A stretch of DNA of 24,922 nt, taken from the IMG/VR virus record IMGVR_UViG_3300029199_000025, positions 1-24,922 of that record, one strand, 5' to 3'. The notes under the pieces are model-generated. The model saw nothing but the letters and a program-made list of their open reading frames with translations. It was not told the DNA's origin and did not search any database. The translations under genes and the position numbers were made by a program. The stretch comes from a virus. Lineage: Duplodnaviria > Caudoviricetes. Shown piece after piece: positions 6,846-15,215 of this stretch. Position 1 is the stretch's first letter, and each line of letters starts with the position of its first letter.

Positions 6846-7106
6846 ATGTGCGGCAGCTCGCTCAAGAAGATCGTCAAAGTGGCCACGCTCGGCCTCGTTG
6901 ATATGGAAACACCCAAGCCGCCGAGCGCCCCAGATGCACCAACCCAGAGCACGCCGACTGCGGTCGACCCTGGCGTCACGCAGGCGCGCGAGGACGAGCG
7001 GCGTCGCAGGGCTGCAGCGGCAGGCGCAGGCAGCACGATCCTGACTGGCGCAGGTGGGCTAAACACAACCGCTCAGACCGGGCAGAAAACGCTCCTGGGG
7101 GCATGA
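6846..7106 (+). CDS. small virion-associated protein preceding the portal (86 aa)
   Basis: GAGG RBS; Met-Cys start, Pro-rich middle, RRRR, STILTG and KTLLG C-terminus typical of podoviral pre-portal proteins. Confidence 0.8.
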   Translation: MCGSSLKKIVKVATLGLVDMETPKPPSAPDAPTQSTPTAVDPGVTQAREDERRRRAAAAGAGSTILTGAGGLNTTAQTGQKTLLGA

Positions 7107-7107
7107 T

Positions 7108-8793
7108 ATGGCTGATTCGTTGCGTCAACGCCTGGATCGCCGCATATCTCAGCTCAAAACCGAGCGTGACCGTGGCTGGCTCCCGCTGTGGCGCGACATC
7201 AGCGACTACATCGCGCCTGATATGGGCCGCTGGAATCTGAGCGACGCCAACGAGGGCAAGCGCCGGGACCAGAAGATCATCAACAGCACGTCACGCGCGG
7301 CGCTGAAGATCCTCGCCTCTGGCATGTTCTCGGGCATGACCAGCCCATCTCGGCCGTGGTTCAAGCTGGCCACGCCTGATGCTGCGCTGATGGAGTTCGG
7401 GCCGGTCAAGTCCTGGCTGCACCAGGCCGAGCGCGTCATGCAGGACGTGTTCGCGCGCTCCAATCTGTACAACGTGTTGCCTACTCTCTACGGCGAGCTG
7501 GGCGGTTTTGGCATCGGCGCCATTGCCTGCATGCCGGACGATGACGAGTTCGTGAGGTTCTACAACTTCACGGCAGGCAGCTACATGGCCGCTACCAGTT
7601 CGCGGCAACAGGTGGACACGCTCTATCGCGAGTTCCGCATGACAGCGCGCCAGATGGAGCAGCAGTTCGGGCGCGACGCGATGAGTCAGGCCGCGCAGAG
7701 CCTGCTCAGCAGCAACCCGGATGCGTGGGTTGACGTCTGCCACGCAGTCGAGCCGAACGACAAGCGTGATTCTGGCAGGCCAGACAACCGCAATATGCCG
7801 TTCAGGTCCGTGTATTGGGAGAAGGGCGGGGATTCCGACGCGCTGCTGCGGCAGTCCGGGTTCCAGACCTCGCCGATCATGGTGCCGCGCTGGGACGTCA
7901 ACGGTGAGAACGTCTACGGCCACGGGCCGGGCTCAGTGGCGCTCGGTGATACCAAGGCACTGCAGCTGATGGAGAAGCGCAAGGCGCAGATGCTCGAGAA
8001 GCTGGTAAACCCGCCAATGGGTGCTCCTGCTTCACTGCGCGGCCAGCGTGCGTCAATCCTGCCAGGCGACATCACATACCTGGACATGACGAACGTCGGC
8101 CAGCAGTTCGCGCCGCTGCATGAGATCAACCCGTCGGCCTATACGGCATTGCGCGGCGAGATCGAGGCACACGAGGAGCGGATCAACTCGGCCTTCTTCG
8201 TCGACCTGTTCCTGATGATCAGTTCGATGGATGACGTCCGCACTGCGACAGAGATCGCGGCGCGCAAGGAAGAGAAGATGCTGATGCTCGGGCCAGTGCT
8301 CGAGCGGATGAACGACGAGCTGCTCGACCCGCTGATCGATCGGGTGTTCAACCTGATGATCGAGCAATCGTCACCGCGCTGGTCTGGCCTGCTGCCTGGC
8401 AAGCCTCTGCTCCCGCCGCCTCCGCAAGAGCTGGCAGGCATGGATCTGAACGTCGAGTACGTTTCGATCCTCGCTCAGGCGCAGAAGGCGCTCGGGGTCA
8501 CTGGCATCGAGCGCGTGGTGAGCTTCGCTGGGAACCTGGCTGGCATCTACCCGGACATCGTCGACAAGCTCAACCTCGACCAGGCTGTAGACGAGTACGC
8601 CGGCATGTCTGGTGTGCCGCCGACGATCATCCGTTCTGACGATGAGGTTGGCCAGATTCGCAAGGCCCGCGCCGATGCGGCTCAGGCCGAGGCCATGAAC
8701 CAGCAGATGCTGGCAGGCATCCAGGGCGCCAAGCTGCTCTCTGAAACCGACGTATCCAACGACAACGCACTGACCGCACTGGTAGGCCAATGA
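7108..8793 (+). CDS. portal / head-tail connector (561 aa)
   Basis: GMTSPSRPWFKL, RWDVNGENVYGHGPG, RTATEIAARKEEKMLMLGPVLER motifs of the T7 gp8/BPP-1 type portal family. Confidence 0.95.
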   Translation: MADSLRQRLDRRISQLKTERDRGWLPLWRDISDYIAPDMGRWNLSDANEGKRRDQKIINSTSRAALKILASGMFSGMTSPSRPWFKLATPDAALMEFGPVKSWLHQAERVMQDVFARSNLYNVLPTLYGELGGFGIGAIACMPDDDEFVRFYNFTAGSYMAATSSRQQVDTLYREFRMTARQMEQQFGRDAMSQAAQSLLSSNPDAWVDVCHAVEPNDKRDSGRPDNRNMPFRSVYWEKGGDSDALLRQSGFQTSPIMVPRWDVNGENVYGHGPGSVALGDTKALQLMEKRKAQMLEKLVNPPMGAPASLRGQRASILPGDITYLDMTNVGQQFAPLHEINPSAYTALRGEIEAHEERINSAFFVDLFLMISSMDDVRTATEIAARKEEKMLMLGPVLERMNDELLDPLIDRVFNLMIEQSSPRWSGLLPGKPLLPPPPQELAGMDLNVEYVSILAQAQKALGVTGIERVVSFAGNLAGIYPDIVDKLNLDQAVDEYAGMSGVPPTIIRSDDEVGQIRKARADAAQAEAMNQQMLAGIQGAKLLSETDVSNDNALTALVGQ

Positions 8794-9107
8794 CCAACGC
8801 AAGCGATGAGCGCTCCCTGAAGAAGGCTGAGCGTGAGGAGCGGCTGTCCCGCGAAACCCTCGAGGCTGACTTTCGCTGGCTGATGGACGACCCGCGAGGG
8901 CGCCGCATCGTCTGGCGCCTGATGGCCAGGTGCAAGGTGTTCGAACCCGTCTTCAACACGCACGGCGGGGTGATGAACTTCAACGAGGGCCGGAGAGATA
9001 CCGGCCTTTTTCTTTTGGGCGAGATCGACCGGCTGTGTCCCGCGCAGTTCGCAGTGATGGCAGCAGAGAACGCCCGCCAACCCGAGGAAACGGAAACCAA
9101 TGACTGA
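8790..9107 (+). CDS. Bbp19-like head-module protein (105 aa)
   Basis: LMDDPRGRRIVWRL and FNEGRR motifs; position after the portal; ATGA coupling. Confidence 0.8.
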   Translation: MTNASDERSLKKAEREERLSRETLEADFRWLMDDPRGRRIVWRLMARCKVFEPVFNTHGGVMNFNEGRRDTGLFLLGEIDRLCPAQFAVMAAENARQPEETETND

Positions 9108-9717
9108 CTCGACTCAAGCAAGCGCTCCGGAAGCCACCACCAGCGCAGCGGCAGACGTTCAGTCCGGAGCCACTGTTGAAACCCCTGAGCAGGCCCCGGC
9201 GACCCCGGAAACGCCCGCGCCAGAGAAAACAGATGGCGACGGCCAGCCCCAAGGGGCGCCTGATGATTACGCCGACTTCAAGCTCGCCGACGGCGCAGAG
9301 CTCGATGCGGAAGTGCTGACCAGCTTCAAGGGCATCGCCAAGGAGCTGGGTATCTCGCAAGAGGCAGCACAGAAGCTACTCGACCTGCAGGGCCAGCTCG
9401 ATTCGAAGCGTATGCAGGCGCTTGAGGCGGCTCAGGCCGAACAGTCGCAGCGCTGGGCAGACGCCGTGAAAGCGGACAAGGAGCTTGGTGGCGAGAACTA
9501 CGACAAGACCGTAGAGACCGCCGTCAAGGCCGTGGAGAAATTCGGAAGCCCTGAACTGCGCGCCCTACTGAACGAAACCGGAATCGGTAACCACCCCGAG
9601 CTGGTGAAGTTCTGTCATCGCATTGGCAAGGCACTGAGCGAGGACAACCTCGTGATGGGCGGCAATCAACAACAGAGCCGGAAATCTGACGCTGAAGTCT
9701 TCTACGGCGCTAATTGA
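9100..9717 (+). CDS. capsid scaffolding/assembly protein (205 aa)
   Basis: Acidic low-complexity N-terminus, KELGISQEAAQKL and GIGNHPELVKF motifs; between portal and major capsid genes. Confidence 0.8.
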   Translation: MTDSTQASAPEATTSAAADVQSGATVETPEQAPATPETPAPEKTDGDGQPQGAPDDYADFKLADGAELDAEVLTSFKGIAKELGISQEAAQKLLDLQGQLDSKRMQALEAAQAEQSQRWADAVKADKELGGENYDKTVETAVKAVEKFGSPELRALLNETGIGNHPELVKFCHRIGKALSEDNLVMGGNQQQSRKSDAEVFYGAN

Positions 9718-9731
9718 TCGAGGAAACACAA

Positions 9732-10724
9732 ATGGCTGTTATCGGAAACACTGCACTGACTCTGACGGATTGGGCAAAGCGCCAAGATCCTGACAGCAAG
9801 CCGGCTCGCATCGTCGAGATGCTGAGCCAGACCAACGAAATCTTGACCGACATGCTCTGGCTGGAAGGCAACCTCCCGACCGGCCACCGCACGACCACCC
9901 GCACCGGATTGCCAGCTGGTACTTACCGCGCGCTCAACGCTGGTATCCCGAGCGAAAAGAGCACCACTGCCCAAGTCGATGAGACCTGCGCGATGCTCGA
10001 ATCGCTTGGCGTAGTGGACGAGGCGCTCGCTGCGCTGAATGGCGGCACTGCTGCATTCCGCCTGTCCGAAAACGCTGCCTTCGTTGAAGGCATGAACCAA
10101 ACCATGGCGTCTGGCATCTTCTACAACAACTCCGCGCTGAACCCGGCTCAGTTCACTGGACTAGCCCCGCGCTACTCGGACAGCACCGCCAAGAACGGCA
10201 CGAACATCATCAAGATGGGTGGCGCCGGCTCGGACAACACCTCCATTTGGCTGGTCGTATGGGGCGAGCACACCGTCCACGGCATCTACCCGAAAGGCAG
10301 CAACGCCGGTCTTGACCACAACGACATGGGCATCGACCTGGTCGACGATGGCACAGGCAAGAAGTTCCGCGCCTTCCGCGACCACTACAAGTGGAATTGC
10401 GGTGTTGCCCTGCGAGATTGGCGCTATGCCGTTCGCATCTGCAACATCGACGTGTCCGACCTGATCGCTGACAGCACTGGCGCTTCGGTGAAGCTGGTCG
10501 AGAACATGATTCGAGCCATCCACCGCATCCCGAATCTGCGCTTGGGTCGTGCTGCGTTCTACATGAACCGCACCGTCCGCGAGATGCTCGACATCCAGGC
10601 TATGAACAAGTCCAACGTCCAGCTCTCCATCAAGGAGTTCGATGGAGAGTTCATCACCAGTCTGCGTGGCGTGCCTTTCCGCACCACTGACGCCCTGCTC
10701 AACACCGAAGCCGCCGTGGCTTGA
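9732..10724 (+). CDS. major capsid protein, BPP-1/epsilon15 type (330 aa)
   Basis: GAGGA RBS; LTLTDWAKR, NTSIWLVVWG, DWRYAVRICNID, DALLNTEA motifs; strong codon bias. Confidence 0.93.
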   Translation: MAVIGNTALTLTDWAKRQDPDSKPARIVEMLSQTNEILTDMLWLEGNLPTGHRTTTRTGLPAGTYRALNAGIPSEKSTTAQVDETCAMLESLGVVDEALAALNGGTAAFRLSENAAFVEGMNQTMASGIFYNNSALNPAQFTGLAPRYSDSTAKNGTNIIKMGGAGSDNTSIWLVVWGEHTVHGIYPKGSNAGLDHNDMGIDLVDDGTGKKFRAFRDHYKWNCGVALRDWRYAVRICNIDVSDLIADSTGASVKLVENMIRAIHRIPNLRLGRAAFYMNRTVREMLDIQAMNKSNVQLSIKEFDGEFITSLRGVPFRTTDALLNTEAAVA

Positions 10725-10734
10725 GGAGAACCAA

Positions 10735-11175
10735 ATGATCACCGATAAGCTGAATACCTTCAGCGCTGCGCAGGCAGTCACCGCAACAGCCGCTTCGACC
10801 GACGTGATCGATCTGGGTCCGCTGACCCATGGCAACACCCGTCGCGACATTGGCGCTGGCGAGCCCATGCACTTCGTTGTCACTGCGCTGACCACTGCAA
10901 CCGCAGCCGGCGCGGCCACCGTGAACTTCCAGTTGCAGACCAGCGACGACAACAGCACGTGGGTCACGCTGTACGACTCCGGCTCTGTTGCTCTGGCGGG
11001 CATGGCCGCTGGCAAGCAGCCTGTCGCCGTGGCTGTGCCGCGTGGCGTTCGCCGTTACCTGCGTGCCAACTACGTTGTCGGCACCGGCCCCCTGACCGCT
11101 GGTAGCTTCTTCGCCGGCTTGGTCAAGGACGTTCAGGACATCGCCTACTACGCCAGCGGCTTCACCATCGCGTAA
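10735..11175 (+). CDS. capsid cement/decoration protein, Bbp16-like (146 aa)
   Basis: GAGGAG RBS; MITDKLNTFSAAQAVTATAASTDVIDLG...RRYLRANY beta-rich sequence; follows the major capsid gene. Confidence 0.88.
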   Translation: MITDKLNTFSAAQAVTATAASTDVIDLGPLTHGNTRRDIGAGEPMHFVVTALTTATAAGAATVNFQLQTSDDNSTWVTLYDSGSVALAGMAAGKQPVAVAVPRGVRRYLRANYVVGTGPLTAGSFFAGLVKDVQDIAYYASGFTIA

Positions 11176-11184
11176 GGAGGAGTC

Positions 11185-11385
11185 ATGGACGTAGTCGCAA
11201 CAGAGGTTGGCTTCTACGGCGGCCTCCGTGCCATCGGCGAACAGTTCGAGATTGCAAGCGAAAAGGATCTCGGCAGCTGGATGGAAAAGGTTGGTGGCGA
11301 CAAGCCCAAGCCTGAAGCCAAGGCAAAGCCCGGCCCCAAGCCGGCCGTCAAGCCTGAAGAGTCTGGCAACCTGCCTGACGCGTAA
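11185..11385 (+). CDS. small head-module protein (66 aa)
   Basis: AAGGAGG RBS; GFYGGLRAIGEQFEI...SWME followed by a Lys/Pro-rich tail. Confidence 0.8.
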   Translation: MDVVATEVGFYGGLRAIGEQFEIASEKDLGSWMEKVGGDKPKPEAKAKPGPKPAVKPEESGNLPDA

Positions 11386-11390
11386 CACCA

Positions 11391-11408
11391 AGGGGCCTCC
11401 GGGCCCCT
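11391..11408 (+). terminator. GC hairpin between head and tail genes (weak terminator or RNA stabiliser)
   Basis: AGGGGCC-TCCG-GGCCCCT followed by ACTCATTT, a poor U tract. Confidence 0.5.
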
Positions 11409-11427
11409 ACTCATTTCCGGAGATCGC

Positions 11428-12024
11428 ATGGCCAGTGTCGTTCAAATCTGCAACATGGCGCTCACCCGCATCGGGCAGAACCAGTTCATCGACTCGATCG
11501 ACGAGCAGAGCAAGGCGGCCGAGCTGTGCGCGCTCCACTACGAGCAGTGCCGCGACGAGGTGCTGCAGGCGTTCCCTTGGCCCTTTGCCGAGGCTCGTGT
11601 TGCGCTGGCTGATATCGGCTCGCCACCGCAGAACTGGGCGTTTCGCTACCGCTACCCGGTCAACTGCCTGCAGGCGCGCCGTATCAGCGTGCCAGGGCTC
11701 GAGATGCCCACTGCAGAGCAACGCGTGCCGTTCAAGGTCGTGAACGCGGCTGGCGGCCGAGCCATTCTGAGCAATCAGGAGCAGGCCGAGCTGGTCTACA
11801 CGGTGCGCGTCGAGGATACGACCTACTTTCCGCAGATGTTCGTCAATGCGCTGGCGTGGCGCCTTGCTGCCGAGCTTGCTATGGGGCTGCAGGCCAGGCC
11901 AGAGAACTACTCGTCCGCGATGCAGAATTACCAGATGACCATCAGCCAGGCCCAGGCCCTCGCCTTTGAAGAGAGCGAGGAGGGCCCGGTTCCAGAATCC
12001 GAGTTCATACAGGCGCGCAACTGA
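11428..12024 (+). CDS. tail adaptor / tubular protein A-like (198 aa)
   Basis: MASVVQICNMALTRIG, WPFA, YRYPVNCL, FVNALAWRLAAELA motifs; GGAG RBS. Confidence 0.88.
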   Translation: MASVVQICNMALTRIGQNQFIDSIDEQSKAAELCALHYEQCRDEVLQAFPWPFAEARVALADIGSPPQNWAFRYRYPVNCLQARRISVPGLEMPTAEQRVPFKVVNAAGGRAILSNQEQAELVYTVRVEDTTYFPQMFVNALAWRLAAELAMGLQARPENYSSAMQNYQMTISQAQALAFEESEEGPVPESEFIQARN

Positions 12025-14333
12025 TGGGCAACAGCATCATTCAGCCGTCGTTCGCTGCGGGCGAACTGGCGCCGTCCCTCTACGCGCGCGTCGATCTGGC
12101 CCGATACCAGACCGGCCTGCGCCTGTGCTCGAATTTCTTCGTGATGCCTTATGGGGGCGTCAAGAATCGCCCTGGAACCCGATTCATCTACGAGGCCAAG
12201 GGCAGCGGGAAGGCCCGCCTGATCCCGTTCCAGTTCAATGATGAGCAGACCTATGTCCTAGAGTTCGGCGACCTCTACATGCGCGTCTACAAGGATGGCG
12301 GCATCGTAGAGTCGAGCCCTGGCGTGCCGTATGAGATCGTTACGCCGTTCACCGAGTCCCAGCTGTTTGACCTGAACTACACGCAGTCGGCTGACGTGAT
12401 GACGATCGTTCACCCGTCGCATGCGCCACGCGAACTGTCGCGCCTGGATCATGACAACTGGACGCTGGCGGCGATCAGTTTTGTGCCGAGCATCAATGCG
12501 CCGACTGGCCTTTCTGCCGCCGCGCGCTCTGGAGGCTCTGGCGATACGACGACCTTCCGCTACGTAATCACTGCCGTATCGGATAGCGAGGTTCCCGAAG
12601 AAAGTCTGCCGTCAACTGCGGCCAGCGTGGCAAGCTGGGATAGCAAGCCCGGCGCAGTGCTTAGCTGGTCTGCGGTCACTGGCGCCGACTATTACAACGT
12701 CTACAAGGACAACAACGGTTCCGGCATTTACGGCTTCATCGGCCGCGCGGACAGCGTTGCATTCACCGACAACAACATTTCGCCGACCAAGACAGACACG
12801 CCGCCGACTGGAAACAATCCGTTCGTTGGCGCTGGCAACTACCCCGGAGCCGTCGGCTACTACCAGCAACGCCTGTGCTTCGCCGGAAGCAATCTGAAGC
12901 CCCAGACCATCTGGATGAGCAAGACTGGCAACTTCAAGAACTTCGGCTATGCGACGCCGGTTAAAGATGATGACTCGATCACCCTGACCATAGCAGCGCG
13001 CCAGGTTCATCGCTTCCGCCATCTGCTCCCGCTTCGGCAGCTGCTCGGGCTGACAACTGGCGGTGAGTGGGTAATCGCAGGCGATGACGCCGGTATAACA
13101 CCGAAGAACGTCAAGGCGGACATCCAGAGCTACAACGGCATCTCCAAGATTCCACCGATCGTCATCAACGACAGCGCGATCTACGTGCAGCAACGCGGCA
13201 ATGCCGTGTCTTCGCTGGCCTACACCTTCGAAAGCGACGGGTTCTCCGGCGACGACCTGACCAAGTTCTCGCCGCACTTCTTCCGCGGGCATACGCTGGT
13301 CGACTGGGCGTACCAGCAGGTGCCTGACCGCCTCGTCTGGGCGGTGCGTGATGATGGCGCGATGCTTGGAATGACGTTCCTGCCAGAGGAGCAGCTGCTG
13401 GCCTGGCATCAGCATCACACCGATGGCGCTGTAGAGTCGGTGTGCGGCATTGCAGAGGGTGGAGAGGACGCTCTTTACTTGCTAGTCAACCGCACGATCA
13501 ATGGCGCCACGAAGCGCTATATCGAGCGACTAGAGACGCGCCAGATCGAGGATATCGAAGACGCGTTCTTTGTCGACTGCGGGCTGACCTATGACGGCCG
13601 AAACCATGCCACCAACGAGACGCTGACACTCAGCGGCGGAACGGACTGGAAGTATCCAGAGGAAGTCACGGTAACGGCCGTCGGGCATTCGTCGTTCAGT
13701 GCAGGCCTTATCGGTCGCCGCCTGCGTCTACGGGCCGGCGATGAAATTGTGCGGATCGAGCTGACGGGCTTCACGTCGTCCACTGTGATGACGGCCAAGC
13801 TGCTCGAGATATGCCCGGAGTCGCTGCGAGACGTTGCGGTTAGCGATTGGGCGCTGATGGCCACGACCGTGTCTGGCCTGTCTCACCTCGAGGGCAAGAC
13901 CGTTTCCGTTCTGGTAGACGGCGACGTGCATCCTCAGCGCGTAGTGACCGGCGGATCGATTACCCTGCAGTCGTCCGCCGCAGTGGTCCATGTTGGCCTG
14001 CCGTATGTGGCGGAGATCGAGACGCTCGAGATCGACGTGCCAGGCAACGAGACATTGCTCGACAAGCGCAAGATCATCCCCAGCGTCACGGTGTACGTGG
14101 AGGAGTCACGCGGTTTCATGGCCGGGCGCAAGAAGGGCGACAAGCTCTACGAGCAGAAACCCGAATATCGCCAGCGCTACAACGCACCGATTCCGCTGCT
14201 GACAGGCCCGAGCGAACTCAAGATCAGCTCTGTGTGGGATGAGTCTGGTCGCGTCTACATCCAGCAGGCAGATCCGCTCCCGCTCACCGTCCTTGCTGTC
14301 ATTCCCGAGGTGACTGTCAGTGGTAAAGGCTGA
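12024..14333 (+). CDS. tail nozzle / tubular protein B-like (769 aa)
   Basis: QPSFAAGELAPSLYARVDL, GGVKNRPGT, YPGAVGYYQQRL, AWHQH, HVGLPY, PLPLTVLAV motifs. Confidence 0.92.
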   Translation: MGNSIIQPSFAAGELAPSLYARVDLARYQTGLRLCSNFFVMPYGGVKNRPGTRFIYEAKGSGKARLIPFQFNDEQTYVLEFGDLYMRVYKDGGIVESSPGVPYEIVTPFTESQLFDLNYTQSADVMTIVHPSHAPRELSRLDHDNWTLAAISFVPSINAPTGLSAAARSGGSGDTTTFRYVITAVSDSEVPEESLPSTAASVASWDSKPGAVLSWSAVTGADYYNVYKDNNGSGIYGFIGRADSVAFTDNNISPTKTDTPPTGNNPFVGAGNYPGAVGYYQQRLCFAGSNLKPQTIWMSKTGNFKNFGYATPVKDDDSITLTIAARQVHRFRHLLPLRQLLGLTTGGEWVIAGDDAGITPKNVKADIQSYNGISKIPPIVINDSAIYVQQRGNAVSSLAYTFESDGFSGDDLTKFSPHFFRGHTLVDWAYQQVPDRLVWAVRDDGAMLGMTFLPEEQLLAWHQHHTDGAVESVCGIAEGGEDALYLLVNRTINGATKRYIERLETRQIEDIEDAFFVDCGLTYDGRNHATNETLTLSGGTDWKYPEEVTVTAVGHSSFSAGLIGRRLRLRAGDEIVRIELTGFTSSTVMTAKLLEICPESLRDVAVSDWALMATTVSGLSHLEGKTVSVLVDGDVHPQRVVTGGSITLQSSAAVVHVGLPYVAEIETLEIDVPGNETLLDKRKIIPSVTVYVEESRGFMAGRKKGDKLYEQKPEYRQRYNAPIPLLTGPSELKISSVWDESGRVYIQQADPLPLTVLAVIPEVTVSGKG

Positions 14334-14787
14334 AGTTGTGCCGCTGTGTGAGGCGGATATCGATGCGATCCTGCCGGACATCCGCCAGGCCGACCGAGAC
14401 GAGATAGAGGAAGCCCTGCAAACGCCCATGCGCAAAGCTCTTGCCGATGCGCTGGCTAACCATTGCAAGGCGTCAAAAATCGTCGTGAGCGGCATCGTGG
14501 TGGCCGTGTTCGGTGATTCTCGGCATTCGGCAGAGGCCGGGGTTCCGTGGCTGATCAGCACGCGCCATGTAGAGCGTTTTCCGAAGGCGTTCCTGCAGGT
14601 CTGCAAGCCGGAGGTAGCAGAAATGCTCACGCGCCATGAGGTGCTGGTCAACTACGTCGATGTCCGCAACGCGGCGGCCATTCGCTGGCTGCGCTGGCTC
14701 GGCTTCACCTTCGGCGATCCTGAGCCATACGGGCCGCTTGGCCTCCCGTTTCACTGTTTTTGGATGAGGCGCCAACCATGTGCGTGA
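14320..14787 (+). CDS. GNAT-fold T7 gp13-like protein (155 aa)
   Basis: RQADRDEI and LVNYVDVRNAAAIRWLRWLGF motifs; between nozzle and ejection genes; GAGG upstream of GTG. Confidence 0.8.
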   Translation: MVKAEVVPLCEADIDAILPDIRQADRDEIEEALQTPMRKALADALANHCKASKIVVSGIVVAVFGDSRHSAEAGVPWLISTRHVERFPKAFLQVCKPEVAEMLTRHEVLVNYVDVRNAAAIRWLRWLGFTFGDPEPYGPLGLPFHCFWMRRQPCA

Positions 14788-15215
14788 GTAACCTGTTCAA
14801 CGCTTACGCGAGCTATGAGCAAGGCAAGTACCTGGACGAAGTGGCCAAGGTAAATGCCGGAATCTCGAACCAGGCCGCGAGGGATGCCATCAAGCGCGGC
14901 AGCATTGAAGCCGATGAGCAGCGTAAAACCACGCAGCAGGTCATCGGTGCACAGCGCACAGGTTTCGCGGCAGGCAACATCGACGTGAACACTGGCTCGG
15001 CCGGACAGGTGCAGAACGACGCCGCAGCGCTGGGCGAGCTGGACGCGCTTACGATCATCAACAACGCCGCGCGCGAGGCCTACGGCTACCGGGTGCAGGC
15101 GATGGATCAGCGGCAGCAAGGCAAGCTGGCGAAGTGGCAAGGCAAGATGGAAGCGTTCGGTTCTATCCTGGGCGGCGCCGAGAAGGGCGCCATGTTTGCA
15201 GCTGGAGGCGCCTGA
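14778..15215 (+). CDS. small internal virion/ejection protein, T7 gp14-like position (145 aa)
   Basis: GAGG RBS, Met-Cys start, IGAQRTGFAAGNIDVNTGS motif, Ala/Gly/Gln-rich. Confidence 0.82.
   Translation: MCVSNLFNAYASYEQGKYLDEVAKVNAGISNQAARDAIKRGSIEADEQRKTTQQVIGAQRTGFAAGNIDVNTGSAGQVQNDAAALGELDALTIINNAAREAYGYRVQAMDQRQQGKLAKWQGKMEAFGSILGGAEKGAMFAAGGA

Noticed and set aside
10642-10734. Capsid-cement fusion by frameshift or readthrough, since the cement frame is open upstream of its ATG
   Set aside because: No slippery heptamer seen; TGA readthrough meets TAA after a few codons; the cement gene has its own strong GAGGAG RBS.
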